Shown here piece by piece: positions 47,644 to 60,100 of a stretch of DNA of 64,000 bases; the stretch's first letter is position 1, and each line of letters begins with the position of its first letter. The notes under the pieces were generated by a model. The model was not told where the DNA came from, made no database searches, and saw only the letters and a program-made list of their open reading frames with translations. Source of the stretch: Paraspadella gotoi (Eukaryota > Animalia > Chaetognatha); assembly GCA_051294375.1 (NCBI GenBank), contig CM119266.1, positions 17,726,087 through 17,790,086 on the forward strand, written 5' to 3'. The position numbers and the translations under genes were made by a program.

Positions 47644-50600
47644 ATGTCAAAGTTTTTCGGCGCCGCTTCCGATTCTGAATCGGGTAAGTTACTGTTGGAG
47701 AGAAGAGTTTTGCATCTTACTTACCCCGTTAACGCCTTCTGCCCCCCACACGCTGCCCACAGATGTGGACTCCGGGTCGGCGTCGGACTCGGAGCCTGAG
47801 CAGACTCACAAGGAGACGCGGAAGGCGGCCTTCGTCTTCAGCGATGACGAGGAGGACACCAAACGCGTCGTCCGGACGCAGAAGGACAAAAGGTTCGAGG
47901 AGATGCAGACCATCATCAAGCAAATGAAGAATCACAAAAAGATCCGGGACATGGCCAAAGGTATAATATTTATATTAATAAATTAATATTGATTAATAAT
48001 GATAGGAGTGAAACTGTTGATTGTAATTTTTCAACTTGCACGTAGTCTTGATCATGCTTTATTATTTTGTAGCCTGATCAAAATAAAGGATCAGATATCT
48101 AATTTATTATTATCTTTCCCATCACAGTTTTGGAGGACTTTGAAGAGTTGGACCGCGCTTTTCAAAAGTCGCGCAAAGTGATCGAGAACGAAGGGATGCC
48201 CCGGTTCTATGTCCGTTGTCTCGTCGAGTTGGAAGATTTCGTCGCCGAACTTTGGGAGGACAAGGAGACGAGGAAGAAGATGAACAAGATGAATTCCAAA
48301 GGTGAGGAAGATCAGGAAGTGGAGAAAATGCAAATGAAAGGGTTATTTTCTTATGCCCAGTCTTTGGCCTCTTATGTAATACGTATATAAGTGTAATGGG
48401 TAAAGCAAATGTCTGAAAATTATTTACCTAACGAAACCTAACGAACCTCACCAAAAGTGACTGCTATATAATATCTCTTTTGTCCCAAGCTCTGGGCACG
48501 ATCCGCCAACGCGTCCGCAAGTACAACAAGGAGGCGCCCTTCGAGGAGGAGATCGCCAAGTATCGCGAGAATCCCGACGCTGAAGGCGAAGAAGTCGACG
48601 ACGACGACGTAGACTCCGACGCCGAAGACGTCGACGACGAAGACGACGCCGATAGTGACGCTGGAGGAATTGGGACCAAAGAGTCAACGCCAATCGAAGC
48701 CAAAAGGTCGGGAGAGTTCGTTGGGAGTGTTCCAATCTAAACGTCTGCCATATGCAAATTAGATTTTAGTTTAAATAAAAACTTTACCTCTCTTTATCAT
48801 CGTCAGAATGGCCAAGGACGACGAGGACTCGGACGACGACTGGGGCAGCGACTCGGAATCCTCCTCCTCGTCGTCCTCCTCATCCGACGACGAGGACGAC
48901 CCGGCCAAAAGGGCGCTCAAGTTTTTAAAGCGAGAGCCGACGCAGGAGGAGAAGGAGCTGAAGAGGAAGAAGGAGGAAGAGAAGTTGAAGAAGAGGGAGG
49001 AGAGGAAGAAGAAGGAACAGGCCGAGGGAGATTGGACCGTGGTGCCGGGCGGCGCCGGAGGGGTGGGTTGCTTTTTCTTTTCTTTTTTTCATTTTTGGAA
49101 GAATGGAGAGGGGGGATGAAAGGGAAAGGGAAGTTAAAAAAGAAAAGGAAAATTAAAATGAAAAAGTTTACCAGAAAGTTAAGGAAAAGAGAAAGTGAAA
49201 CGGGACAGATAAAGGAAGACAAAGGAAAGTCTTTAGGAAGGCTTTTTAGCGTTTAGTCGAATTATTTAAATTTTATGGTTTGATTTAAGTGTAGTATTAA
49301 AATTTTGATTAAATTATTGAGTAAAGCTCGATCATTTATCTCCAGCAATCGGTGGAGCAAGAGGAGATCTTCAAGAAAGACGAGGAAATCACCGTCAAAT
49401 CGGTCATAAAGAAGTTGGTGGATATGACGAGCGCGAGAGGAAAAAGGGGGACGGACCGACTCGATCAGATCGGTGAGTGGAGGGGATACTAGGGTGTGGC
49501 CCTCGGGGTGGGAAGATAGAAGAATGACTTTCCCTTGCTCCGATTCCAGCCCGTCTTCAACGTTTGCATAAGATCGCACAAGCCAATAATCTCGGCCCCG
49601 CCGTCGACATCAAGTGCCACTTCGCCGTCATCTCTTCTATTTTCGACTACAATCTCAAGGTCAGGGTCCATCAATTTACAGGCATCACTTATTTTATTCC
49701 TGAAAAGTTTTGATGACTTTTGTGATAAATCATAAAGCGTAAAAATCTGTTAGTAAATAATTTTGTGTATTTATCTAAAAAAATTCTTTTTATTTGTCAT
49801 GTAATCAAATTAAATAACATCTTCCTTCGTTTGAAAAATAATTTTTAGTTCTTTAAAAGTCGTCCTTCATCGTCCTTTCTTTCGTCGATTCAAAAAAGGC
49901 TATTCACGCCCAAACTGTCGCTCTAATCTCCTGTCCTCTCCCCCTTCCCTCCCCTCCGCTACTCTTCCCCTCCCCCTCCACCAGATCTCTGAGGCCATGA
50001 AGTCAGATATGTGGGTACGCCTCCTCGAGTGCATCGAGCGCGCCCTGGATCTCCTCCACTTTCACCTTAGTCCCGACTCCCCGTCCTTTGTCACGGGCGA
50101 GTACATCTCCGACGACTCGGAGTCCCTAGAGTCACCACCCTATCGTGTGCGCGGATGCATTCTTGCCGTCGTCGAACGCGCCGAGGAAGAGTACGTCAAA
50201 ATCCTCCAGAGCCTCGACGCTCATTCGACCGAGTATGTGGACCGACTCAAAGATGAGCCCAGGGTCGGCCGGATCATCATTCGTACGCAGGAGTATCTGG
50301 AAAACAGCAAAGAGGAGAGGCCTTCGTCCGAACTCTGCAGAATTTATATGAAGAGGATCGAGAGCATTTACTACAAGCACGACAGGAATATATTGAAGGC
50401 GGTCGTGCCGGAGATCACCTCGGAGACGGAGATTGGAGAGAAAGGTAATGTAGAAGTGTAATCGAGTAACTTGTGGTTCATTTCAAATGAGATTAGGTTC
50501 TTCAATTTCATTTAAATATTGTAGCAGTTTAGATTATTTCTCTCACTATAAAAATAATAATGATAACCAGAATCTTTAAATAACATTAAAAACAGGAAGA

Positions 50601-52658
50601 TTGTTTCATGTAATGAGTAAGGAATGTATTATCGCGGAGGATACAAACCCGAAAACAAGATTGCGGATCATGGACTCAAACAAACTAAATTCTGGCACTC
50701 ATTTTAGCTGAACCCCCTCGGGGATAAGCCAATGGAGTTTTATCAACTTATATTATATTTATTTATTTATTTATTTTCTTCACCCAGAAACCGAGAAGGA
50801 AGGCGGCGGTGAAGAGAAGCCACCTAAGGAAGACTCCCTCGATCTCATGGAGAGATTCTGCACTTACATCTACGCCAAGGATGCGACGGACCGAATTCGC
50901 ACACGCGCGATGCTCTGCCACATCTACCATCTCGCTCTCCACGACAAGTGGTACAAGGCCAGGGACCTCATGCTCATGAGCCACTTGCAGGTAGGTTAAG
51001 GAGATGTCTCTTGGATGAGGATCATTTTTTTTATGACTATCAATTCTATCCCTTTCACCTTAAGGACAACATCCAGCATGCGGACATCCCCATCCAGATC
51101 CTCTACAACCGGACGATGGTGCAGCTCGGCCTCTGCGCCTTCCGTCATGGATCCATCAAGGACGCCCATCACGCCCTGCTCGACATGCAGTCGGGAGGAA
51201 GGGCCAAGGAGTTGCTCGCGCAGGGACTTCTCTTACAGGTGCAATCTAGTGAATCTGTTATCCCAAATGTCACGCGACTTTTTTTTTTACCTTTGACCCC
51301 TTTTTTTCAGCGCGGGTTCGAGCGAACCCCGGAGCAGGAGAAGCTGGAGCGTCAGCGACAGATGCCCTTCCACATGCACATCAACCTGGAGTTGATGGAG
51401 TGCATCTACTTGGTCTCGGCGATGCTGCTGGAAATCCCCTATATGGCCGCCCACGAGTTCGACATGAGGCGACGTCTCATCTCCAAAAGCTTCCACTATC
51501 AACTTAGGTATGAATTTACTCGAAAATTGTAACACGCTAAATTAAATATATATAATATATTAAATAAATGAACTATTTTCCTACTCAGACTGAGCGAACG
51601 CCAGTCGCTCGTGGGTCCACCGGAGACGATGAGGGAACACGTGGTCGCCGCTTCAAAGGCGATGAAGCGCGGAGACTGGAAGGCCTGTCGAGACTTCATC
51701 ATTAACGATAAGATGAACGCCAAAGTCTGGAACCTCATGCCCCAGGTCGATGGTTGGATTGATTGAAGGTGTTGTGAAAGAAAGATGTATTGACGTTCTT
51801 AAATACGGATACAGAAGTTCTCCAAATGCTGCAATATGAAAATTTTATTAAAGAAATAAATCTGATTTGAATTTTAAGTCTATCTCTTAAATACAATCGC
51901 TCACTGTTTAAAATATCTCTCCTCCAGAGCTCGAAGATCTTCTCCATGATAACCCGCAAGATCCAAGAGGAGACACTTCGAACTTACCTCTTTACTTTTT
52001 CTTGCGTCTACGATTCCATCTCACTCGATTCTTTGGCCGCCAACTTCGAGCTCGACGTCGCCTCCGTGCATTCCATCGTCTCGAAGATGATCATCAGCGA
52101 GGAGTTGATGGCGAGTCCATTGAATTGGTCGATTGGCTTGTGGGATTGTTTTCTATATTACGTCGTTTTCTCAGGCTTCCCTCGACGAGCCGACCCGCAC
52201 CGTGGTGATGCATCGCACGGAACCAACGCACCTTCAGGCTTTAGCGTTGCAGTTGGCGGAGAAGTTCTCGACGCTCGTCGATCACAACGAGAGAATCATG
52301 GAGATTCGACAAGGGACTTTCTTTTCTTATCAGAAGAAGAACAACCCCATGGGTGAGTGTCGGAGAGGGAAAATTTGCTTTAGTGTTTAAACTTAATTTA
52401 TAATTTGATGTATGCGTAAATCTTTCCCTCTAAGATCGCGACGGAGGATCCGGCGGTTACCGAGGCCGCGGCGGCGGCGGTTATCGCAGCGGCGGACGCG
52501 GCGGCGGCGAGGGCGGCGGATACCGCCGTGGCGGCGATCGAGAAGGAGGCGGTGGAGGCGGTCGCGGAAAATCAATGGGCGGGCGGGGAAACTTCAGAAA
52601 CCAAGGATTCCAAGGAAGAGAACGAAATCAGTTCCGAGTCTCGGAGGAATACAAGTGA
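47644..52658 (+). CDS. EIF3C: Eukaryotic translation initiation factor 3 subunit C (15 exons)
   Basis: Exons 47644-47683, 47763-47960, 48128-48301, 48490-48706, 48807-49062, 49346-49472, 49550-49659, 49985-50444, 50788-50990, 51065-51238, 51311-51507, 51589-51745, 51928-52110, 52175-52352, 52435-52658. Motifs [48 protein letters not shown] and GPPETMREH, with an RG-rich tail. Confidence 0.95.
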
Positions 52659-53647
52659 ATTTCTAAGAAATTCCATCAGTTTTCTTTTCTCGTCAACGAA
52701 AAACCGAAATAAAAAACCTTTTTTGAGTGACGCTGATTCTTCGGCGCCGATGAATCGTTGTTGTTGTTGTTCCTCGAACCCTCGTCCCTTCCGGACGCTC
52801 GATCGAGTCGGCGGTGGCTGCAGTCGACGCTCCGCCGCCGCAACGGCCGCCGCCAACGTCGATCGAGCGGGCGGGAGTCTCGAACTCTCCTTCCTTCAAT
52901 TGTCGGGATCGTGGAAGTGGTGGTGGAGAGAGGAGGGAGAAGGTGATGGTGGTGCTGGGGATGATGATGATGGTGGGCGAAGAGATTCTCCTCGACTTTT
53001 GACTTTTGTTAAATCTTAAATTTTAGGACTAGAATTAAATTTTTTTTTATTGTTTTGTTCTACGATGGGGATTGCTTATTTGAAATATTATAATATTGAA
53101 ATATTAAGAATTACTATCAAGAACATTTATATTTTTAAGACATAGCAATTATCAGTTCAGCCTAATTTTTTTCTTATTTTTTTATTCCTTTTTATATTTT
53201 TCGATGGTCTGTTTTGATTAAAATTTAATTCTACAATATTTTTACCGTATTCAATTAAGTTAACCATAAGAGATGGGGATTTAACAATGAAATATTATTT
53301 TAAAAAATGAAAACAAAAAAGTATCTAGCTCAATTTAACAGAATTGCTTCAGAAATTACTACTCAGTTGGAAATCTTTTGTTGTCGACGAAGATCATTTA
53401 GCTTTTTTAGTTTAAATTGCATCGTTGCATATTAACGATATTTCATTTTTCAGTTTCAGCAGACATAAAAAGAGCTTCGCTCTATTCCCCTTTTGTTGAC
53501 CTTCATTTGTTGCTCTAGATTCCTTTAACTCTTTCTTTCAAATGACTTTGACCTTTCTCGCGATAAGACGTTTAAATTGTTTCCTCGTTCTATGAGATAG
53601 TGACCGAGACAAATAATCTCCCTCTTTAACTTATCTTATCTTCCGCC

Positions 53648-56389
53648 ATGGGAGTCCCCGCCTTCTTCCGATGGCTCAGCCGCAAATTTCCTTCCATCGT
53701 CGTCCACTGCGTCGAAGAGAAACCCAACGCCCTCGACGGAGTTACGGCTCCGGTCGACGCTTCAAAACCGAATCCCAACGACGTCGAGTTTGATAATCTC
53801 TATCTGGACATGAACGGAATCATCCATCCATGTTGCCATCCGGAAGACAAACCCGCCCCGGCCAACGAGGACGAGATGATGGTCCTTATCTTCGAATACA
53901 TCGACCGCATCTTCGCCATCTGCCGTCCGCGCCGACTCCTCTACATGGCCATCGACGGCGTGGCGCCGCGGGCCAAGATGAATCAGCAGCGCAGCCGACG
54001 CTTCCGCGCCGCGAAGGAGAGCCACGAGAAGCGATCGGACGTTGAGAGGATCAAAGCGGAGATCGTCAGTCGCGGAGGATCCCTGCCGAAGGACGACGCG
54101 AAGAGGGAACACTTCGACTCGAACTGCATCACTCCGGGCACGCCCTTTATGCACCGTCTGGCCAAATGCCTTCGATACTACATCCACGATCGACTCAACA
54201 ACGACCCCGGATGGAGGAACATCCAGGTCATACTCTCCGACGCCAATTGCCCCGGCGAGGGCGAACACAAGATCATGGATTTCATTCGGAAACAGCGGAA
54301 CAACCCGGATCACGATCCCAACACACATCACTGCCTCTGCGGCGCCGACGCCGATCTCATCATGCTCGGCCTCGCCACTCACGAACCTTACTTCACCATC
54401 ATCAGAGAAGAGTTCAAACCCAACACTCCCAAACCTTGCGATATTTGCAAGCAGTTGGGCCACGAGATGAAGGATTGCTTGGGCTTGCCCAAAGACTTTG
54501 ACCCCAACGAGGCCAAACCGATCGAGGGCAACACGAGCTTCATCTTCATCCGCCTGACGGTTCTGAGAGAGTATTTGGCCCGCGAGTTGGCGCTCACCAA
54601 CGTTCCCTTCGATTACACCGTTGAACGGGCGATCGATGATTGGGTCTTTCTCTGTTTCTTCGTCGGCAACGACTTCCTTCCTCATCTGCCTTCTCTCGAG
54701 ATTCGCGAAGGAGCCATCGATCGCCTCGTCAACATCTACAAAAAGATAATATATAAGATCGGGGATTATCTCACCGACAGCGGAGACGTTAACATGGCGG
54801 CAACGGCGATGGTGCTCAACGCCATCGGGGAAGTAGAGGATGAAATCTTTAAGGCGAGACAGAAAGACGAGAACGACTTTAAACGTCGAAACAAGGAAAA
54901 GAAAAAGCGGCTCAAATTGGAAGCCGAGCAGAGAAACGGCGGTCGTCCTGCATGGATGTTGTCCGGACAGTACGCGCCTAAAGCCCTCGGTGGCGGAAAT
55001 CAGAGAGACGTCGTGGATTCCCCGCGACAAACAGCGGCGGAGATGCGTCGAGCCGCCGGCAACTCCACCACTTCTTCCGACAAGTCCTCCGACAATCGTC
55101 AGGCGGCGGCGAATCTGCGCGCGATGCTCCGAGGCGGCGGCAGCGACGACGCGGCGTCTGCGGCGGCGAAGGAGGAATGCCGCAAGCGGCCGCGCGATTC
55201 GGATTCCGACTCGGAGGACGAACCGTTGGACGAGGTGCGTCTGTACGAAGAAGGATGGAAGGATCGATACTACCAGTCCAAATTCGAGGTGGAAGCGGAC
55301 GACGTCGAGTTTCGTCACAAGGTTGCTCGTCACTACGTCCGCGGACTCTGCTGGGTCCTCCGCTACTACTACCAAGGGTGCGCCGCCTGGAACTGGTACT
55401 TTCCTTACCACTACGCGCCCTTCGCTTCGGACTTCGTCGGCACCGCAGATTTGAAGATCGAATTCGAGAAAAAGACGCAGCCTTTCAAACCTTTGGAACA
55501 GTTGATGGCGGTTTTCCCGGCGGCGTCAGGCAAGCATGTGCCCGGCTCGTGGGAGCCGCTCATGAATCAACCGGATTCCTCGATCATCGATTTCTATCCC
55601 ATCGATTTCAAAGTCGATCTTAACGGGAAGAAATTTGCATGGATGGGCGTGGCCCTTTTGCCTTTCGTCGACGAGACAAGACTCTTCAAGGCCTTGGCCG
55701 ACGTCTACCCTTCGTTGACGGCGGCGGAGAAGAAGAGGAACACTCGAGGCGCCGACAAACTCTTCATCGGAAAGAATCACTCGGCTTTCGGGCAGATCAA
55801 GCAGATTTACGAGTACAGTCGGAAAGACGGGAAGAAACTGTACGACGCTTCTCGGTCTAAAGGCATCGCCGGTCAGGTTTGGCCCGACGAAGAGAATCAC
55901 GTGGCGCCGGGGGATGTGGTGGAGTCCCCGATTCCGGATTCCCTCAAGCCTCTCGTCGACAACTCTTCGCTAATCATCAACTTCGCTGATCCGAGTTATC
56001 CCGAGGATTTCGTTTTCCCCGCGCGACTTTTGCCCAAAGTCAAACTTCCGGCTCCGACTCTAAAGTCTCAGGATTTCCCCACCGGCAACTTTGGTACTTC
56101 AGGAAAGCAAGGATTCCGTCCGCAACTGGGATTCAAGCCCCATTCAGGATATCGGCCGGGTTTGGACTCATCGGCCGCTCAGAGGATGATCCAGCATAAC
56201 GTGGGCAACGCGATTCCGCCGCCACGGTCGCTGATGGGAGAGGGACCCAGATTTGGGCGTGGCAACTGGCAATATGGGAATAGAGGCGGTTTCGGGGGAG
56301 GGGGAGATGGGTATTCGAGAGGTGGGTACAACAATCAAAGGAATTATAATTCTTCTGGTCGAAATGGTTCTGGTGGTTATTGGCGTTGA
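53648..56389 (+). CDS. XRN2: 5'-3' exoribonuclease 2, intronless
   Basis: MGVPAFFRWL, FDNLYLDMNGIIHPC, DGVAPRAKMNQQRSRRF, PGEGEHKIM, zinc knuckle CDICKQLGHEMKDC and WYFPYHYAPFASDF. The 913 aa length fits XRN2 rather than XRN1. Confidence 0.96.
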   Translation: MGVPAFFRWLSRKFPSIVVHCVEEKPNALDGVTAPVDASKPNPNDVEFDNLYLDMNGIIHPCCHPEDKPAPANEDEMMVLIFEYIDRIFAICRPRRLLYMAIDGVAPRAKMNQQRSRRFRAAKESHEKRSDVERIKAEIVSRGGSLPKDDAKREHFDSNCITPGTPFMHRLAKCLRYYIHDRLNNDPGWRNIQVILSDANCPGEGEHKIMDFIRKQRNNPDHDPNTHHCLCGADADLIMLGLATHEPYFTIIREEFKPNTPKPCDICKQLGHEMKDCLGLPKDFDPNEAKPIEGNTSFIFIRLTVLREYLARELALTNVPFDYTVERAIDDWVFLCFFVGNDFLPHLPSLEIREGAIDRLVNIYKKIIYKIGDYLTDSGDVNMAATAMVLNAIGEVEDEIFKARQKDENDFKRRNKEKKKRLKLEAEQRNGGRPAWMLSGQYAPKALGGGNQRDVVDSPRQTAAEMRRAAGNSTTSSDKSSDNRQAAANLRAMLRGGGSDDAASAAAKEECRKRPRDSDSDSEDEPLDEVRLYEEGWKDRYYQSKFEVEADDVEFRHKVARHYVRGLCWVLRYYYQGCAAWNWYFPYHYAPFASDFVGTADLKIEFEKKTQPFKPLEQLMAVFPAASGKHVPGSWEPLMNQPDSSIIDFYPIDFKVDLNGKKFAWMGVALLPFVDETRLFKALADVYPSLTAAEKKRNTRGADKLFIGKNHSAFGQIKQIYEYSRKDGKKLYDASRSKGIAGQVWPDEENHVAPGDVVESPIPDSLKPLVDNSSLIINFADPSYPEDFVFPARLLPKVKLPAPTLKSQDFPTGNFGTSGKQGFRPQLGFKPHSGYRPGLDSSAAQRMIQHNVGNAIPPPRSLMGEGPRFGRGNWQYGNRGGFGGGGDGYSRGGYNNQRNYNSSGRNGSGGYWR

Positions 56390-57174
56390 TTTTTTTTTGT
56401 ATGTAGTGTACGATTAAGTTGTTTTTCTTTTAGATCATGTTTATTATTATGTTTGTTTTGACGTAACATCGAATGATATTTGAATAATATATCATTTTTA
56501 ATGAAATCCTTTTTACTGTTAAGATTTTGAATAATGAAATTATTCATAGATAAAATTGTAATTATTTTTTACTTCGAACATTCTTGACCGTAAAATATAA
56601 ATCCATTAATTAAATTGTTAGCATCCCATTCAAGTTTAATGAATGGCGAAAAACCTCGGAATTAATTTTCGATCGTACAGAAACATGACTGCCCTTAACC
56701 CTCTACTAGTTTTTTTCGTTAAAGGTTTTAATATATGCATATCTGGACAATTAAATTGACAAACTTTAACTTTTCGGCCTTAGATTTTAAAGGATTTGTG
56801 CATAATTATCCACAAAAATATTTTGCTCTGATAGATAATTTATTTTGTATTTTGTATTAGTTAAGGACAAACATTTTTTAGATGTTGTTAAATAATGTTT
56901 TAACCGAAGTGGCATAGTTTTGAATCAATTTTAGTGATTCCAGCTCTCGACAAATCTTTACCTAACTATGGAAGCTTACAAAAACCGAACTTTTTTCTGA
57001 AGTTCACCGCTCTGACAATCACCTGCCAGTCAAAACTTTCTAGTAAACATTGACGCGTAAACCTCGGTTATCAAAATCGGGGCAGTCAACTCAAACTCGA
57101 GTCGTCACTTTCGCACTGAACCAATCTTAAACCCGTCCATATTTAAATCTTGATTGAAACAAAAAATTATCCCA

Positions 57175-60100
57175 ATGTCTCCTCCGTCTAACGAAACGGA
57201 AGAGCAGAGTCGATTTCTCGACTCTCGTCCCAAACCCTCCGAGGCCACTTCCTCTTCTTCCTCTCCCCTTCTTCCTCTCCCCCTCCCCCTATTCCCTCCC
57301 CCGATTCCATTGTCATCTCCCCTGCTCCTCTCCTCTCCAATGGCGTCGACCCTTCCACCCTCGACGCTTCCTCCTCTTCCTCTTCCCGCTCCTGCGCCGT
57401 CCGCTTCTTCGGCGGCTACGCTTCCCTCCTCATCCGCTTCCCACATATCGTCCTCGGCCTTGTCCTCTTCCTTTCCGCGGCGCTGGTCGTCGCTGCGCTG
57501 CTGGCGGCGCCGGCGCCAGCCTTCGACGATCCGAGCGAAGGGTTTGAGCCGCGCGGATCGGCGTTGAGCGAGAGACTCGACGCTTGGAATTTGATGAGGG
57601 AGAATTCGGGAGTGGAAAGTCGGTTGGCTTACTTTCCGCTGGCTAGGGCAGTACAGTCCGCCGGCGGATACAGCGGCGGACCCTCCCGACGTCCGCGGGA
57701 GATCGGGAACGATGCTTCCGCGGAAAACGCTGCCCCGGCATTTCCGCCGTCTCGAGACCGCCTCGCCCAGCCTCGAAACCGCCCATCCCGTCGCAGGAAA
57801 AAACAAAACTATTTTTGCGATGTTCCTCGTCCCAACTACGCTCACCTCAGCCTCAGTGTCGCCGCAGACGCCGCGGCGGACGCTGACCTCTTCACTCTTC
57901 CTTCAATTAAATCCTCTTGCGATTTGGAATCGATCGTCACCTCTCAACAAAACTACCAAGAAGTCTGTTTGATGCGTCGGCGGCGCTGCTGCCGCTCCTG
58001 GTCGCTAGGCAACTACGCAGCGCGTCAGGCTGGCCGTGCATCCTGCGACGAGTTGATCGAGGATGACGTGGCGGCTCTGCGAGGGCTGCTCCGGCGTTGC
58101 GCCCCGTTCTTCGTCGACGGGTCGTTGACTGAGAGCTGCTGGGAAGAAGAAGAGGATGATCGCGGACGATCCGCTCCATGGTGTCGTCAGTTACCGAAAG
58201 ACTGCGTCAGAGGGAACCACGTCTTTTATCTTTTTCAATTTATACTCGAATCGGATTTCGTTTCACAATTGGCGTCTTCATCCTCTTCCTCCTCCCCCCG
58301 CCTCCGCCACGCCCTCACCTTCTTCCCCATCGCGACGGGCCGTTCGAGCGAATCCGTCTACAACAACATCACTTCCTCCAGCCTCCGTCGCGACGACGTC
58401 GAGATCTCCTCCTTCGATTTCGGCCTCAAATTCATTGTTTTCGATTCTCTCGTGAAACGGGACACGGCGTTCTTGGCGGCGGCGTTGATCGGCGTCTTCG
58501 GCGTCACTTGGTTCTACACCGAGTCTATCATGATCACCGTCTTCTCTCTGCTGCAGATCGTGCTGTCGCTCGGCGTCTCCTACTTCGTGTACGTCGTCGT
58601 CTGCGGCGTCGACATCTTTCCCTTCATGAATCTTCTCGCCGTCGTCATCCTCATCGGCGTCGGAACGGACGACGTCTTCGTCTTCGTTTCGCTGTGGAAC
58701 AAATTCCAACTGGACAATCAATCGCGCCATGTGGAAGAGGCGCCACCGACGCAGCTGACTTCGCCGTTGGGGGATCCTCGGAGCAGCGCCGTTGGCAACT
58801 TCGGCGACTCTCCTCTCCCTTCCAAACTCTCAGTCTTCGCCTCGACCGACATTCCCCGCGAATGGCACCATCGTCTCTCTCTCGCTCTGCGCCATTCGTT
58901 CCTGACGATGCTCTCGACTTCGCTGACGACTTCGTCCGCTTTTCTCGCATCATTTTTCGTCTCTTCCATCGTCGCCGTTCGGACTTTTTCTCTCTTCGCC
59001 TCGGTCGCCGTCTGTGCGAATCTCTTTTTCACTCTCACTCTCATGCCTTCCGTCGCTCTACTTCATCTCCGCTTCTTCTCCACCTACTCTCCCTGTCTCT
59101 ACATATCCGCTCGGTTTCCCTACGTCTTTGCCTGTCTCTTGCGCCTTCGAGCGGCTTTGGTTACGTCCTTCGTGTTTCTTGTTACTCGCGCCGGCGTCGT
59201 CTCTCTCGCGGCTCTAACGGCGCTTGTCGGCGCCGCTCTATTCGTCCTCTTCGGCTCTCCGGGTCTTCAATTGCCGTCCTCGACCAACTTTCAAGTTTTC
59301 CCAGCGTCAAATCCGATGGAGAGATACGATCTCGTCTTCAAGCAAAAGTTCCGCTTCGAAACGGACGCCGCCGTCGACGCGGATTTCGGCCGCATCCCCG
59401 TCGTCGTCGTCTGGGGCGTCAAACCCATCAACAACGCGCGATACTTCGATCCTCGCGGCGTCGGAAGTCTCGAGTTCGACTCCGACTTCGACATATCCGA
59501 TCCATCGTGTCAAACCTGGATGTTACGATTCTGTCGAGAACTCCGAAGACAGCCTTTCTATGGCGACCACACCGGCCTTCAACTCTCCAACTGTTTCGTG
59601 GAAACCTTCGTCGATTGGATGAAGCGACCCTGCGAAGATTTGGTCACGCGCGAGGATCTCCGGCCTTGCTGCAACGTGACGCGGTTCCCGTTCCCAGCTG
59701 CCGTCGTCTCCGAGTGCATGGGACGCGCTTCCCACTCTCTCTCCCTCATGCGCGGAGTGGAGCTGTACGCGACGATGCCCGGTCCCCGCTACGATTCTGT
59801 CACCGGAAAGATCCTCGCCTTTTCCGTTCAATTCGACAGCAATCGTACATTCTCTCATTCTTATTCGGAAATGAATGATTTCTTCTCGAAGGTGGACGAA
59901 TGGACTCGAGCAGAAATTTCCTCCGCGCCATCTGGGCTACGCGGCGGATGGTTCGTCTCTTATTTAGACTTTTTCGCTCTTCAAGATTCTCTCGTTTGGG
60001 GAACTCGCGACGCGGCCGCCATCGCCGCCGCCGCCGCATTTCTCGTCATGTTGACGACGACCTCGAGTCTTCGTGTCGCTTTTTTCGCTCTTCTCACCAT

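Noticed and set aside
52412-53019. ORFs 52412-52666 and 52528-53019
   Set aside because: They overlap the true last EIF3C exon (RG-rich frame ending 52658) and its 3' region in other frames.
53762-55411. 549-aa minus-strand ORF
   Set aside because: Antisense shadow of XRN2 caused by GC-rich codon usage. No recognisable domain.
58178-59878. 566-aa Arg-rich plus-strand ORF overlapping Dispatched
   Set aside because: Alternative-frame artefact of GTC/GCC/TCT-rich codons, with R/L-rich low complexity.
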